The notes under the pieces: generated by a model
The model's input: only the letters and a program-made list of their open reading frames with translations
Databases searched by the model: none
What the model was told of the DNA's origin: nothing
Assembly (NCBI GenBank): GCA_038231455.1
Contig: JBBRLI010000001.1
Span: 352,001 to 416,000, forward strand
Direction: 5' to 3'
Length of the DNA: 64,000 nt
Source: Vulcanimicrobiales bacterium
GTDB lineage: Bacteria; Vulcanimicrobiota; Vulcanimicrobiia; Vulcanimicrobiales; Vulcanimicrobiaceae
Shown here: positions 27,676 to 36,696 of the stretch, one piece after another
How positions within the stretch are numbered: position 1 is the first letter of the stretch
Layout of the letters: each line of letters begins with the position of its first letter
Position numbers and translations under genes: made by a program

Positions 27676-28586
27676 CGGCGCGTCAATTCCAAGAATACGT
27701 CTTGCAAGTTCGCGCGGCGGAAGCCGACGTCCACGATCGTAAAACCGGCGCGTTCGAACTCGCCGAGCGCCGTGGCAATCGCGGCGGGCGCGATGCCTTC
27801 GAGTTCGACGACCGCGCTGCCGGGTTCGAAGCGCGCACCGCGCGCCTGAAGCGATGCGGGAAGCGCGCGCACGGGAGCATCCAGCGTGACGGCAAGGACG
27901 TCGCCTTGCGTCTGCTTTTCAACGAGCGCCGCGGTCTCTTCGAGCGCGACGAGCCGACCGGCCTCGATGATGCCGATACGATTGCAAAGCGTCTCTGCTT
28001 CTTCGAGATAGTGCGTCGTCAGAACGATCGTCATGCCGCCGCGGTTGAGCTCGCGCAAGAAATCCCACAATTCCAAACGCAATTCGACATCGACGCCGGC
28101 GGTCGGCTCATCGAGAATGAGGAGCCGTGGCTGATGGATGAGCGCACGCGCGAGCGTAAGGCGGCGCTTCATTCCACCCGAGAGTTTCGTGTAGACCTCT
28201 TTTGCTTTGGATGTAAGGTTGAAGCGTTCGAGCAAATCGTCGGCGCGCTTACGGACGGCCGGACCGCTCTGGCCGTAGTAGCCGGCTTGGAAGATGAGGA
28301 TGTCGCGAATTGAGAGATAACGATCGAAGTTGTATTCTTGCGGCGCCAGGCCAACCGTCGTGCGTGCGGCGCGCCAGTCGGAGACCACATCGTGTCCGAA
28401 GAGTTCGATCGATCCGCCGCTGATTTTTGCAAGCCCGACGATCGCGTTGATCGTCGTCGTCTTCCCCGCGCCATTGGGACCGAGGAGTCCGAAAAACGCG
28501 CCTTCTTCCACTTGCAGCGAGAGGCCGTCGACGGCAGAAAAATCGCCGTAGCGCTTGACGAGTCCGGTGATTGCAATCGCATCCAT
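27672..28586 (-). CDS. ABC transporter ATP-binding protein (YadG-like)
   Basis: GPNGAGKT, LSGGMKRR, LILDEPTAGVD, TTHYLEEA. Confidence 0.93.
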   Translation of the reverse strand: MDAIAITGLVKRYGDFSAVDGLSLQVEEGAFFGLLGPNGAGKTTTINAIVGLAKISGGSIELFGHDVVSDWRAARTTVGLAPQEYNFDRYLSIRDILIFQAGYYGQSGPAVRKRADDLLERFNLTSKAKEVYTKLSGGMKRRLTLARALIHQPRLLILDEPTAGVDVELRLELWDFLRELNRGGMTIVLTTHYLEEAETLCNRIGIIEAGRLVALEETAALVEKQTQGDVLAVTLDAPVRALPASLQARGARFEPGSAVVELEGIAPAAIATALGEFERAGFTIVDVGFRRANLQDVFLELTRR

Positions 28587-29314
28587 TACGGAATCATCCC
28601 TTCGAGTACGCTATAGCGGTGGCGGCGCAGCACGCCGATGCGCTTCTCAAGAAAGGGCATCTCGCTCTTTTCATAGTCGCGAACGGTGCGTTCGATATCG
28701 AAGGCAACGCGACGGGATTTCGCCTCCCAACCGCCAGGGCGGTCGGTGAGGATCACGTAATGCGCGCGCGGATCGCCGTCCTTTGGCAATCCGGCCGATG
28801 CAACGTTCACGAGTAATTTCCCGCGCCACGTGCGGATGTACGGGAGATGCAAATGCCCGAATGCGATCGCCGCCGCGTGCACGTCGCCAAAAAGTCGTTC
28901 GAGTTGATCCTCGGGCGCATCGGGCCACACGTGTTCTTCATCGTTTTTGGGATTGGCGTGCGTGACCACGAGCGCGTTATCGTGATGTCCGAACGTGAGT
29001 GCGGTCGGGAGTGCCGCAAGCCACCCAAGCCATTCGGGGCCGAGTTGTTCGCGTTGCCAAAGGATGCTCTCGCGCTCTTCGCGGGCGAACGCTTCGATCG
29101 GCTCGACCGCGATGTAACGATCCGTGTTACCACGTAGCGATTTTGCGCCGATATCGCGCAGCCGTTTGAGCACTTTGCGCGGCTTTGGCCCATCCATGCA
29201 GAGATCGCCCGCAGCGACGATGACATCCGCGCCGCCTTGCGTGGCGAGATCCGCAAGACAGGCGTCGAGTCCGCGGATGTTACCGTGGACATCGGAGACT
29301 ACTGCGACGCGCAT
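28586..29314 (-). CDS. Calcineurin-like metallophosphoesterase (YfcE-like)
   Basis: SDVHGN, GDL, RGNTD, THA, FGHLH. Confidence 0.9.
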   Translation of the reverse strand: MRVAVVSDVHGNIRGLDACLADLATQGGADVIVAAGDLCMDGPKPRKVLKRLRDIGAKSLRGNTDRYIAVEPIEAFAREERESILWQREQLGPEWLGWLAALPTALTFGHHDNALVVTHANPKNDEEHVWPDAPEDQLERLFGDVHAAAIAFGHLHLPYIRTWRGKLLVNVASAGLPKDGDPRAHYVILTDRPGGWEAKSRRVAFDIERTVRDYEKSEMPFLEKRIGVLRRHRYSVLEGMIP

Positions 29315-29320
29315 TCGTCC

Positions 29321-30196
29321 TCAGGTGCGCTTGAACGGAAGCACGAGTGAGAACGGGCCGGCGCCCGCCTTCCCGAACTCCCACAAGTCGATCGCCTCGA
29401 CGGCGATCTTCGCAGCCTTCATGGCTTTCATCGCTTCGCGAAAACGCAAGTTCGCAAGCACGCGGCGTTCGCCCACCGCAAGCACGCCCGCGGCAAACTG
29501 TTCGCCGCGCGGCACCGGCACGATCCTCAGATTTCCGGCCGGGACGACGTCGACGTGATCCGGCGCCGCAAGAGCGATCGATCCGCCGACGATCGAGAAC
29601 ACATTGCGCAGGCGTGCGACGTCGTGCGTGAGCGCAAGCTCGATCGTGCGATACCCCGCCGTGGCACAGAGCGATTCGAATTGCTTGCGGCCCAGTTCGT
29701 TCGAGCGCGAACCAAAGACGCTGCCGGTACGGATGACGCCGACATACGCGATACCCTCGCCGATTGCGACGTCGGTGCCATCGAGCAATCCCGGCGATTC
29801 GATACGGCCGACGATCGGAATGCCGAGCGCACCCAGGGCCGTTTCGACCGCCGCGACTTCCGCGCGGCGTTCCGGCTTACTCGGTCGCATGAGGATCGCG
29901 CCGTTCGGCACGATAACGGCGCAGTCAGCGATGAACGCTTCGCCGGGCGCCTCACTCGAAGGATCGAGTTCGACGACCTGGGTGCCGCGATCGCGCATCG
30001 TGCGCACCAGGATCGCGTGGGCCTCGAGGGCCCGCTCGGCGATGGGACTGGACTCACCGTGAATCGGCGGTAAGAGCGCGACCGATGCACTCGGACGGAC
30101 GACCAGGGCCCCGGTGAGCGTGCCGGCATCGGTACGGAGATAGGGGGCGTCGTAGGTCTTGGTCGTCACGTCGATTTCTTCGCGCTGCACGGGCAC
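29321..30196 (-). CDS. Amidinotransferase/DDAH (pentein) fold protein with degenerate catalytic residues
   Basis: AFIAD, RP...RRAE, IESPGLLDGTD, RSN..G, EF.K; catalytic His and Cys positions substituted. Confidence 0.75.
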   Translation of the reverse strand: MPVQREEIDVTTKTYDAPYLRTDAGTLTGALVVRPSASVALLPPIHGESSPIAERALEAHAILVRTMRDRGTQVVELDPSSEAPGEAFIADCAVIVPNGAILMRPSKPERRAEVAAVETALGALGIPIVGRIESPGLLDGTDVAIGEGIAYVGVIRTGSVFGSRSNELGRKQFESLCATAGYRTIELALTHDVARLRNVFSIVGGSIALAAPDHVDVVPAGNLRIVPVPRGEQFAAGVLAVGERRVLANLRFREAMKAMKAAKIAVEAIDLWEFGKAGAGPFSLVLPFKRT

Positions 30197-30205
30197 TCTC
30201 CAGCT

Positions 30206-32983
30206 TTAGAACAGCGCGAGCGCTTGCGAGTAAAGTCGCTGCTGGGACCGCGTATAGGCCTCGGGTAAACGGACCGCGCGCTGCGCGGCGAGCGCATCGG
30301 CCTGACGCGAGAGATCGACGAGCCGCGCGGCCCGCGCGCTGTCGGCATCAGGTCCGGACTGGTCGGTGCGCTCGAGCAGCGCGGCGATACGCTCGCCCTC
30401 TGCGCTAGCGGTCTGCGTCGGAACCGGGATCATCGTAAATGCGGCGAGCACGGGCGTCGTCGTGAAGCAGTCGGCCATGTCACTTGCGAGGAGATCGCCG
30501 AGTGAGAGCGCGGGCAGGCCCAGCAATTCTTCGGTCGTTTTGAGGATACTCACCGTCGATGTGTGACGCATACTGAGGTAATGGTGGCGCGCATACGGCG
30601 AGATCACGATGGCGTACGTGCGGTACTCATCGATATGATCGCGCGAACTCTGCGCATCATCGGGCGCAACGAAAATCGCGGTATCGCGCCACGTCGGCGC
30701 GTGCGTGAGATGTTCGACGATCATACCCAGTGCCCGATCGCCGTCGGCCACTTCTTCCGGAAGCGGCGGGATGTTCGCGCCGACCCCGCCGTGATCGGCG
30801 GGCAGCCAGATATAGATGTACTTCGGAATCGCATTGGTCTTTGCAAGCGCATCGAAATCGCGGATGAATTCGCGCGCCCGGCGTTCGTCGCGCACACGCA
30901 AATTCCAACCGGGATAATCTTCGTCGACATGTCCCGCGAGCACCAGCGGCGCGGGAACGTTGAGTGCGAACAGACCGCCCAAACCCGACGTTGGTGCGAG
31001 CGTATCGGCGATTCCGGCAAAGTTCGGATCGTCGGCCTTCACGTTCTTGCTTGCGCCCTCATCGAAGCCTGAAACGCGTATGAAATCGCCGTAGTCGCGA
31101 AAGCTGATTCCGTGCCGTGCGAGATTGTTGAAGATGTAGCCGGCACGCGGATAGTCTTCTGGATCTTCGTTTTTATTAGCGAGCGGACGACGGCCGGTTT
31201 TCGAGAGCTGGGTTCGCTCGGTGTACGCGCTCGAAATACCGGCGGCGAAAAACTGATGCCCGGCGTCCGATTCTTCCGCATCGGCAAACGTGTTGCCGGA
31301 AAGGGCGTACGTGCGCGCGAGCTCGTGAAGATTCGGTGTCACGCTCGCACCGAACGAAACGTATTTCGGGTCGCCCGGGCCGTACGGTTTTCCCTGTGCA
31401 TCCGTGAGATCGCCGAGCATCGCATCGTAGGTCTTGTTCTCTTGCAGGATGACCACGATGTGTTTGATCGCGGCACTCGGGCCGACGGTGAGGGTCTGCG
31501 GCACGACGATATTCGTTTTTGCGGGTGCGATCGAGCGCGCGAAACGGAGCGTGTTCCGCGTCGTCTCCGTAAGTTTGATCGCTTGCAAGTCGAGCCGCTG
31601 CAGCGTCGACCAGACGGCGTTGGCGTCGGCGCCCGTTGCCGGATCGCCGACGAAACCGGCGTCGTGCCCGAAGCCTTTTGCCGAGACGGTGTAGAGCGTC
31701 CGGTCGTTGTCGCCAAGGACGAGCGCCGTCGGATACCACCCAGTTGGAATCAACCCCAGACGATGCAAATGGACCGGATCGCGCGCGTCGATGACGGCGA
31801 CAGCGTTGAGTCCGGCAAGCGCGACGTAAAGCCGCGATCCGTCGCGACTGAGTGCAAGTGCCAGCGGCTGCGTCCCATACGGTGCCCGATCGAAGAGACG
31901 CAGTTCGGTGCCGCCGACGACTTTGCCGTCGGCAAGTGACACCGCGGCGATGCGGTCGACGTTCGTCATGGCAACGAAGGCAAACCGTCCGTTCGGCGTC
32001 GTGACGACGGCCGTCGGATGCGCGCCGCCGACGACGCGGTCCCCATCGGGGGTCGGATCCATCGGAATCGGTGCGTTCGCAAAGGGTGGTGCATCGTTTG
32101 CGCTTTGCGAGAGCGTTCCATCGCCGCCGATCGCGAGCACCGAGAGCGAGGACGCGCGCGCGAGATCCGGCGGCGCCGTTGCGTAAGGTGGTAGACGGGC
32201 AGGCGTCGGCAAGACCGCGTACCGCATCAATCCTTCGTTTGCAACGATCAGCTTGTTGCCCGCGATTGCCGCACCGGCGGGGAAGAACCCGACGCTCGTC
32301 GCGCCCGGCAGTAACGCGCGCGACGCCGTGTCGATCACCGAAACGTTTTCCCCCAGTTCGTTCACGACGTAGGCGTGGCCGCCGCTCGGTGCGAGCACGA
32401 TCTGCGCGGGGAAACTGTGGCCGGCGTCGGCGAAGAGCGCATCGGTCGGACCGGGAATCGCGATGAGGTGTTTGCTATCGGGACGCAACTGGCCGCTGCT
32501 ATCGAGCGTGAAGGCGTAAACGGCGTTTGCGGGACCGCCTGCCGCAAGGACAAGCGTGCGCGTCGGCTGCACGGGATCGGCAAGCGCGACGATGCCCGCG
32601 AAAAACGCTTCTTTCGGCGCGCGATAACGGTCGGTGACGCGCATCGTCTGCGTGTCGACGACGGCAAGACTATATCCGCCCGTCGTGAGCGGATCGACAC
32701 TACTATGCACGCCCTCCTCGCGTTCGTCATCGTTCGAGACGATCGCATAGCGTCCATCGGGCGAGAGCGCCACGCCCAGCGCATTCATTCCGACAACCAC
32801 GTTCGTACCCGAGGGCGAGACGATGCGTCCCGACGGCAAAATTGCACGGTACGTTTCGCCGCGCACGTGTCCCGCCGGCGCCGTAAGCGCCGGTGCACCG
32901 TACACGACGGGCGCGGCTGCGACGGGCGCAGCGAGCAGCGCTCCGAGCGTGGCGAGCATGGAAAGACGAACGATGTTCAACAA
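30206..32983 (-). CDS. Secreted YncE-like beta-propeller / phosphoesterase fusion
   Basis: LPSGR.VSP, repeated YVVNE/YVAL...AVID, IPTGWYP, IKHIVVILQENKTYD, PDDAQ..RDH. Confidence 0.87.
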   Translation of the reverse strand: MLNIVRLSMLATLGALLAAPVAAAPVVYGAPALTAPAGHVRGETYRAILPSGRIVSPSGTNVVVGMNALGVALSPDGRYAIVSNDDEREEGVHSSVDPLTTGGYSLAVVDTQTMRVTDRYRAPKEAFFAGIVALADPVQPTRTLVLAAGGPANAVYAFTLDSSGQLRPDSKHLIAIPGPTDALFADAGHSFPAQIVLAPSGGHAYVVNELGENVSVIDTASRALLPGATSVGFFPAGAAIAGNKLIVANEGLMRYAVLPTPARLPPYATAPPDLARASSLSVLAIGGDGTLSQSANDAPPFANAPIPMDPTPDGDRVVGGAHPTAVVTTPNGRFAFVAMTNVDRIAAVSLADGKVVGGTELRLFDRAPYGTQPLALALSRDGSRLYVALAGLNAVAVIDARDPVHLHRLGLIPTGWYPTALVLGDNDRTLYTVSAKGFGHDAGFVGDPATGADANAVWSTLQRLDLQAIKLTETTRNTLRFARSIAPAKTNIVVPQTLTVGPSAAIKHIVVILQENKTYDAMLGDLTDAQGKPYGPGDPKYVSFGASVTPNLHELARTYALSGNTFADAEESDAGHQFFAAGISSAYTERTQLSKTGRRPLANKNEDPEDYPRAGYIFNNLARHGISFRDYGDFIRVSGFDEGASKNVKADDPNFAGIADTLAPTSGLGGLFALNVPAPLVLAGHVDEDYPGWNLRVRDERRAREFIRDFDALAKTNAIPKYIYIWLPADHGGVGANIPPLPEEVADGDRALGMIVEHLTHAPTWRDTAIFVAPDDAQSSRDHIDEYRTYAIVISPYARHHYLSMRHTSTVSILKTTEELLGLPALSLGDLLASDMADCFTTTPVLAAFTMIPVPTQTASAEGERIAALLERTDQSGPDADSARAARLVDLSRQADALAAQRAVRLPEAYTRSQQRLYSQALALF

Positions 32984-32996
32984 GATCTCCTGGAGT

Positions 32997-34469
32997 CTAG
33001 ACGGTGGTCAGAGTCGGGTGAGTGGACGCGCGAAGCGAATCGAGTGCCGCGCCTAAACGCGCGACGCCAAGGGCGATCGCGCGGCCGTCGAGATCGCCGA
33101 ACGAAAGGCGCAGCGCCGCGGGACCGGTACGCGTGGGATACGACGGCTCGGCCGGCATCACGAGCACACCTTCGCGAGCGCATGCATCGAATGCCGCTTG
33201 CGTCGAGATGCGTGAAGGGAGTCGAAGCCACAGGTTCGTGCCCGCGGCGGGCGGCTGAACGTCTGCCCACGGGAGTGCAAGCGCAAGCGCTTCGACGAAA
33301 GCGTCGCGCCTGCCGCGGTACAGGGCGCGCGCATTTTTCAAGTGGCGCGGGTAGCCGGGCGAGGTGAGAAAGCGCCAGAGCGCGCGCTGACTGAGCGTCG
33401 AGGTGAATGAATCCGTGCGCACTTTCGCTGTCTCGAGCGACGCGCGCAAGCCGCCTTTGACGTGCAAGTAGCCAATGCGTAGCGCCGGAAAAATTGATTT
33501 CGAGAGTGACTCCATTAGAATCACGCGCCCGTCGGTATCGTGGGCGGCGAGCGGAGCGGGCGCCGCGTGATCGTAGGTGAAGACCCAGCCGGTTTGGTCT
33601 TCGAGAATTACGACGTCGTACCGGCGAGCAAGTGCAACAATTGCTTTTGCGCGGCGCGCGGGAAGCACGGCGCCCGTTGGATTTTGCGCGATGGGATTGA
33701 TGTAGAATAAGCGGGGTCGGTAGTCGGCAAAGACCCGTTCGAGATCGTCGATCCGCACGCCGTCCGCGTCGCTCTGTACTTCAACGTACGACGCGCCGCG
33801 CGCGTCGAACACGCCGAGCGTTCCGGCGTACGTCGGGCTTTCGGCTGCCACGACCGCGCGATCCGAGAGCAGGGTCGATGCGATCAGGTCAGCGGCTTGC
33901 TGCGCGCCCGAGGTCACGATGATCTCATCCGCGCTCGCATCGCACCCGCGCGCGCGCAGCGAAGCCGCAAGCGTCGAGCACAGATCGGGATCGCCGGTAT
34001 TCGCGCGGTACTGCATCGCTTCGGGCGGATCTTCGAGCAGCGTGCGGTGCATCGCGCGCCCGAATTCCACGAGCGGAAACGTCTCCGGCGCCGGATGCCC
34101 GGTCGCAAGCGAAATCGCGCCCGGCGCATTCGCGCGCGCTAACTGGTCGAGCACACCCTCCATTCGCTCGGCCTTGGCAAACCGTCCCAGATCCGGCTCC
34201 CACTTGCGCGAAAACGGCGTCTCGGCGACGCGCTCGGATGCAACGAAGGTGCCTTTGCCGACGCGCGAGACGATGCGGCCGCGTGCCGCGAGCATGTCGT
34301 AGGCTTGCGAGACGGTGATGAGTGCGACGTCGAGTTCGGCTGCAAGCGACCGTATCGCGGGGAGTCGTTCGCCCGCGTTCAAGTCACCGCGCTCGATGCC
34401 GCTGGTGAGAGCGTCGGCGATTTGAACGTAGAGCGGACGCGGATCGCGCGCGTCAAGCTCCACGATCAC
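32997..34469 (-). CDS. MocR/GabR family regulator (GntR HTH + PLP aminotransferase domain)
   Basis: PLYVQIAD, LPAIRSLA, GKGTFV, TSGAQQA, QNPTG, SLSKSIFPALRIG; GTGA overlap with the upstream response regulator. Confidence 0.92.
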   Translation of the reverse strand: MIVELDARDPRPLYVQIADALTSGIERGDLNAGERLPAIRSLAAELDVALITVSQAYDMLAARGRIVSRVGKGTFVASERVAETPFSRKWEPDLGRFAKAERMEGVLDQLARANAPGAISLATGHPAPETFPLVEFGRAMHRTLLEDPPEAMQYRANTGDPDLCSTLAASLRARGCDASADEIIVTSGAQQAADLIASTLLSDRAVVAAESPTYAGTLGVFDARGASYVEVQSDADGVRIDDLERVFADYRPRLFYINPIAQNPTGAVLPARRAKAIVALARRYDVVILEDQTGWVFTYDHAAPAPLAAHDTDGRVILMESLSKSIFPALRIGYLHVKGGLRASLETAKVRTDSFTSTLSQRALWRFLTSPGYPRHLKNARALYRGRRDAFVEALALALPWADVQPPAAGTNLWLRLPSRISTQAAFDACAREGVLVMPAEPSYPTRTGPAALRLSFGDLDGRAIALGVARLGAALDSLRASTHPTLTTV

Positions 34470-35149
34470 GGGATATCGAGGCGGTAGCCGATTCCCCGAA
34501 CGCTCGATATGGCAAGCACGGCATCGACTTCGGTGAGCTTCTTGCGAAGTGCAGCAACGTGCACGTCGACCACCCGCGTCGGCACGCCGGAAACGTCGTT
34601 CCAAACGCGTTCGAGAATCTGCGCGCGCGTCATCAGCTTGCCTTCGTTTTCGGCAAGAAACCACAGCAGCCGAAATTCGAGCGCTGTGAGCGTCGCGCTC
34701 TTGTCATCGCGTTCGAGCGAATGGAAATCGCGCACAAGGGTTGCATCGCCGATCGTGAGTTTGCCGTCGGCATCGCGGGCCTTCGAGCGCTCTTTCCGAC
34801 GTAGGAACGAGGCGATGCGGGCAACGAGCTCGTTGCCCGAAAAAGGCTTGGTGATGTAGTCGTCCGCGCCCATACCAAGACCCGTGAGCACGTCTTGTTC
34901 ACTCGAGTGGGCGCTGACCATCAGGATGAACGCGTCGCTCGAATTCGCAAGCGACGTACACACGTCCAGGCCCGAGAGATCGGGAAGTTCGACATCGAGC
35001 AAGATCACGGCGGGGTCGAACGTCGGCTCGACTTCCAGGCCTTGCGCGCCGGTCGTACAGACCTTCACTTCATAGCCGGCGCGTTCGAGGAACAGTTTCT
35101 CAAACGTCGCGATATCCGGGTCGTCTTCGATGATGAGAATGCGATCCAC
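34466..35149 (-). CDS. OmpR/PhoB family response regulator
   Basis: IIEDD, LLDVELP, GADDYITKPF, LTALEF.LL, RVVDVHV..LRKK, VRGIGYR. Confidence 0.93.
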   Translation of the reverse strand: MDRILIIEDDPDIATFEKLFLERAGYEVKVCTTGAQGLEVEPTFDPAVILLDVELPDLSGLDVCTSLANSSDAFILMVSAHSSEQDVLTGLGMGADDYITKPFSGNELVARIASFLRRKERSKARDADGKLTIGDATLVRDFHSLERDDKSATLTALEFRLLWFLAENEGKLMTRAQILERVWNDVSGVPTRVVDVHVAALRKKLTEVDAVLAISSVRGIGYRLDIP

Positions 35150-35153
35150 GCGT

Positions 35154-36587
35154 TTAGACCGTCGCCCCTTCTTCTTCCGGTAAGAACGCCGTTCGGCGCG
35201 CAAAGCCGTCTTCGATGGCCGCAGCACGCACGGCGGCCGCGACCGCATCGACGACGCGCGCGTCGAAGACACTCGGTATCACATACTCGGCGCTGCGTTC
35301 TTCGCCAACAATATTCGCGATTGCCTTAGCAGCCGCAAGTTTCATCCCTTCGGTGATGCGCCGCGCACGCGACTCGAGCGCCCCGCGGAAAATCCCCGGG
35401 AACGCGAGCAGATTGTTCACTTGGTTCGGATAGTCCGAGCGGCCGGTCCCCATCACGGCAACGTACGGCGCAGCGAGTTCCGGCATGATCTCGGGGGAAG
35501 GGTTGGCCATCGCGAAAACGATCGGATCGCGCGCCATCCCTTGGATGTCCTCGACGCGCAGAATATTGGGCGCACTCACTCCGACGAAGGCATCCGCGCC
35601 TTTGAGCACGTCGTGCAAGGTTCCGCGCCGATTCTCGCGATTCGTATGTTCCGCAAGCCACGTCCAGTGCGAATTCGTGTATGTTTGATCCCGGTTGATC
35701 GCGCCTTCGCGATCGACCGGGATCACGTCACGCACGCCTGCGGCGAGCAGCATCTTGATTGTCGCCGTTCCCGCGGCTCCGCTTCCATTGACGACGACCG
35801 TCATATCTTCAAGGCGCTTGTTGACGACGAGCGCCGAACTCATCATTGCGGCAAGAATCACGACCGCGGTGCCGTGCTGATCGTCGTGCATCACCGGAAT
35901 GTCGAGTTCTTCGACCAAGCGGCGTTCGACCTCAAAGCAGCGCGGCGCACTGATATCTTCGAGATTGATGCCGCCGAAGACCGGCGCGATGCGTTTGACG
36001 GTCTCGACGATCTCATCGACGTCTTTCGTGTCGAGGCAGATCGGAAACGCGTCGATGCCGGCAAACTGTTTGAAGAGCATGCACTTGCCTTCCATCACCG
36101 GCAGTGCTGCCAGAGGACCGATATCACCGAGTCCGAGCACTGCGGTTCCGTCGCTGACGACCGCGACCATATTGCGTTTGACCGTCAATTGGAACGCTTT
36201 TGATGGGTCTTTTGCAATCGCCATCGAGACGCGAGCGACACCCGGCGTATAGACGATCGAGAGATCTTGGCGCGTCTTCACCGGGATCTTCGGCTGGACC
36301 GTGATCTTGCCGCCGAGATGGGCGAGGAATGTTGAGTCCGAGACGCTTACGACACGCACGCCATCAAGCGCGGCGACCGCGGCCGTCACGGCGTCTCCGA
36401 TTTGCTCGGATGGGACGCTCACCGTTACGTCGCGCACGACCGAGGTTTTGCCGACGGTCCGCATGTCGACGGCGCCGACGATGCCACCGGCGTTCCCGAT
36501 CGCTTGCGCGAGGATCCCGAAGGCCCCCGAGGTGTTGGGCGTCTCCAGTCGCAGAATTAAAGTCGTTCCGATCGCAGGGGAAGCCAT
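35154..36587 (-). CDS. NAD(P)-dependent malic enzyme with N-terminal ACT domain
   Basis: YTPGVA, DGTAVLGLG, VMEGK, INLEDISAPRCF, HDDQHGTA, TGRSDYPNQVNN. Confidence 0.93.
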   Translation of the reverse strand: MASPAIGTTLILRLETPNTSGAFGILAQAIGNAGGIVGAVDMRTVGKTSVVRDVTVSVPSEQIGDAVTAAVAALDGVRVVSVSDSTFLAHLGGKITVQPKIPVKTRQDLSIVYTPGVARVSMAIAKDPSKAFQLTVKRNMVAVVSDGTAVLGLGDIGPLAALPVMEGKCMLFKQFAGIDAFPICLDTKDVDEIVETVKRIAPVFGGINLEDISAPRCFEVERRLVEELDIPVMHDDQHGTAVVILAAMMSSALVVNKRLEDMTVVVNGSGAAGTATIKMLLAAGVRDVIPVDREGAINRDQTYTNSHWTWLAEHTNRENRRGTLHDVLKGADAFVGVSAPNILRVEDIQGMARDPIVFAMANPSPEIMPELAAPYVAVMGTGRSDYPNQVNNLLAFPGIFRGALESRARRITEGMKLAAAKAIANIVGEERSAEYVIPSVFDARVVDAVAAAVRAAAIEDGFARRTAFLPEEEGATV

Positions 36588-36696
36588 GAAGCCAGAGTTT
36601 ACGCGCCCCCAAAGGCGTGTCCTCGGCTTCTGGCCGGAATGAAAATTTTTGGGTTTTTTCCTAGTAGGTGTCTGAGAAAAAGCCGATAGGTAATGG

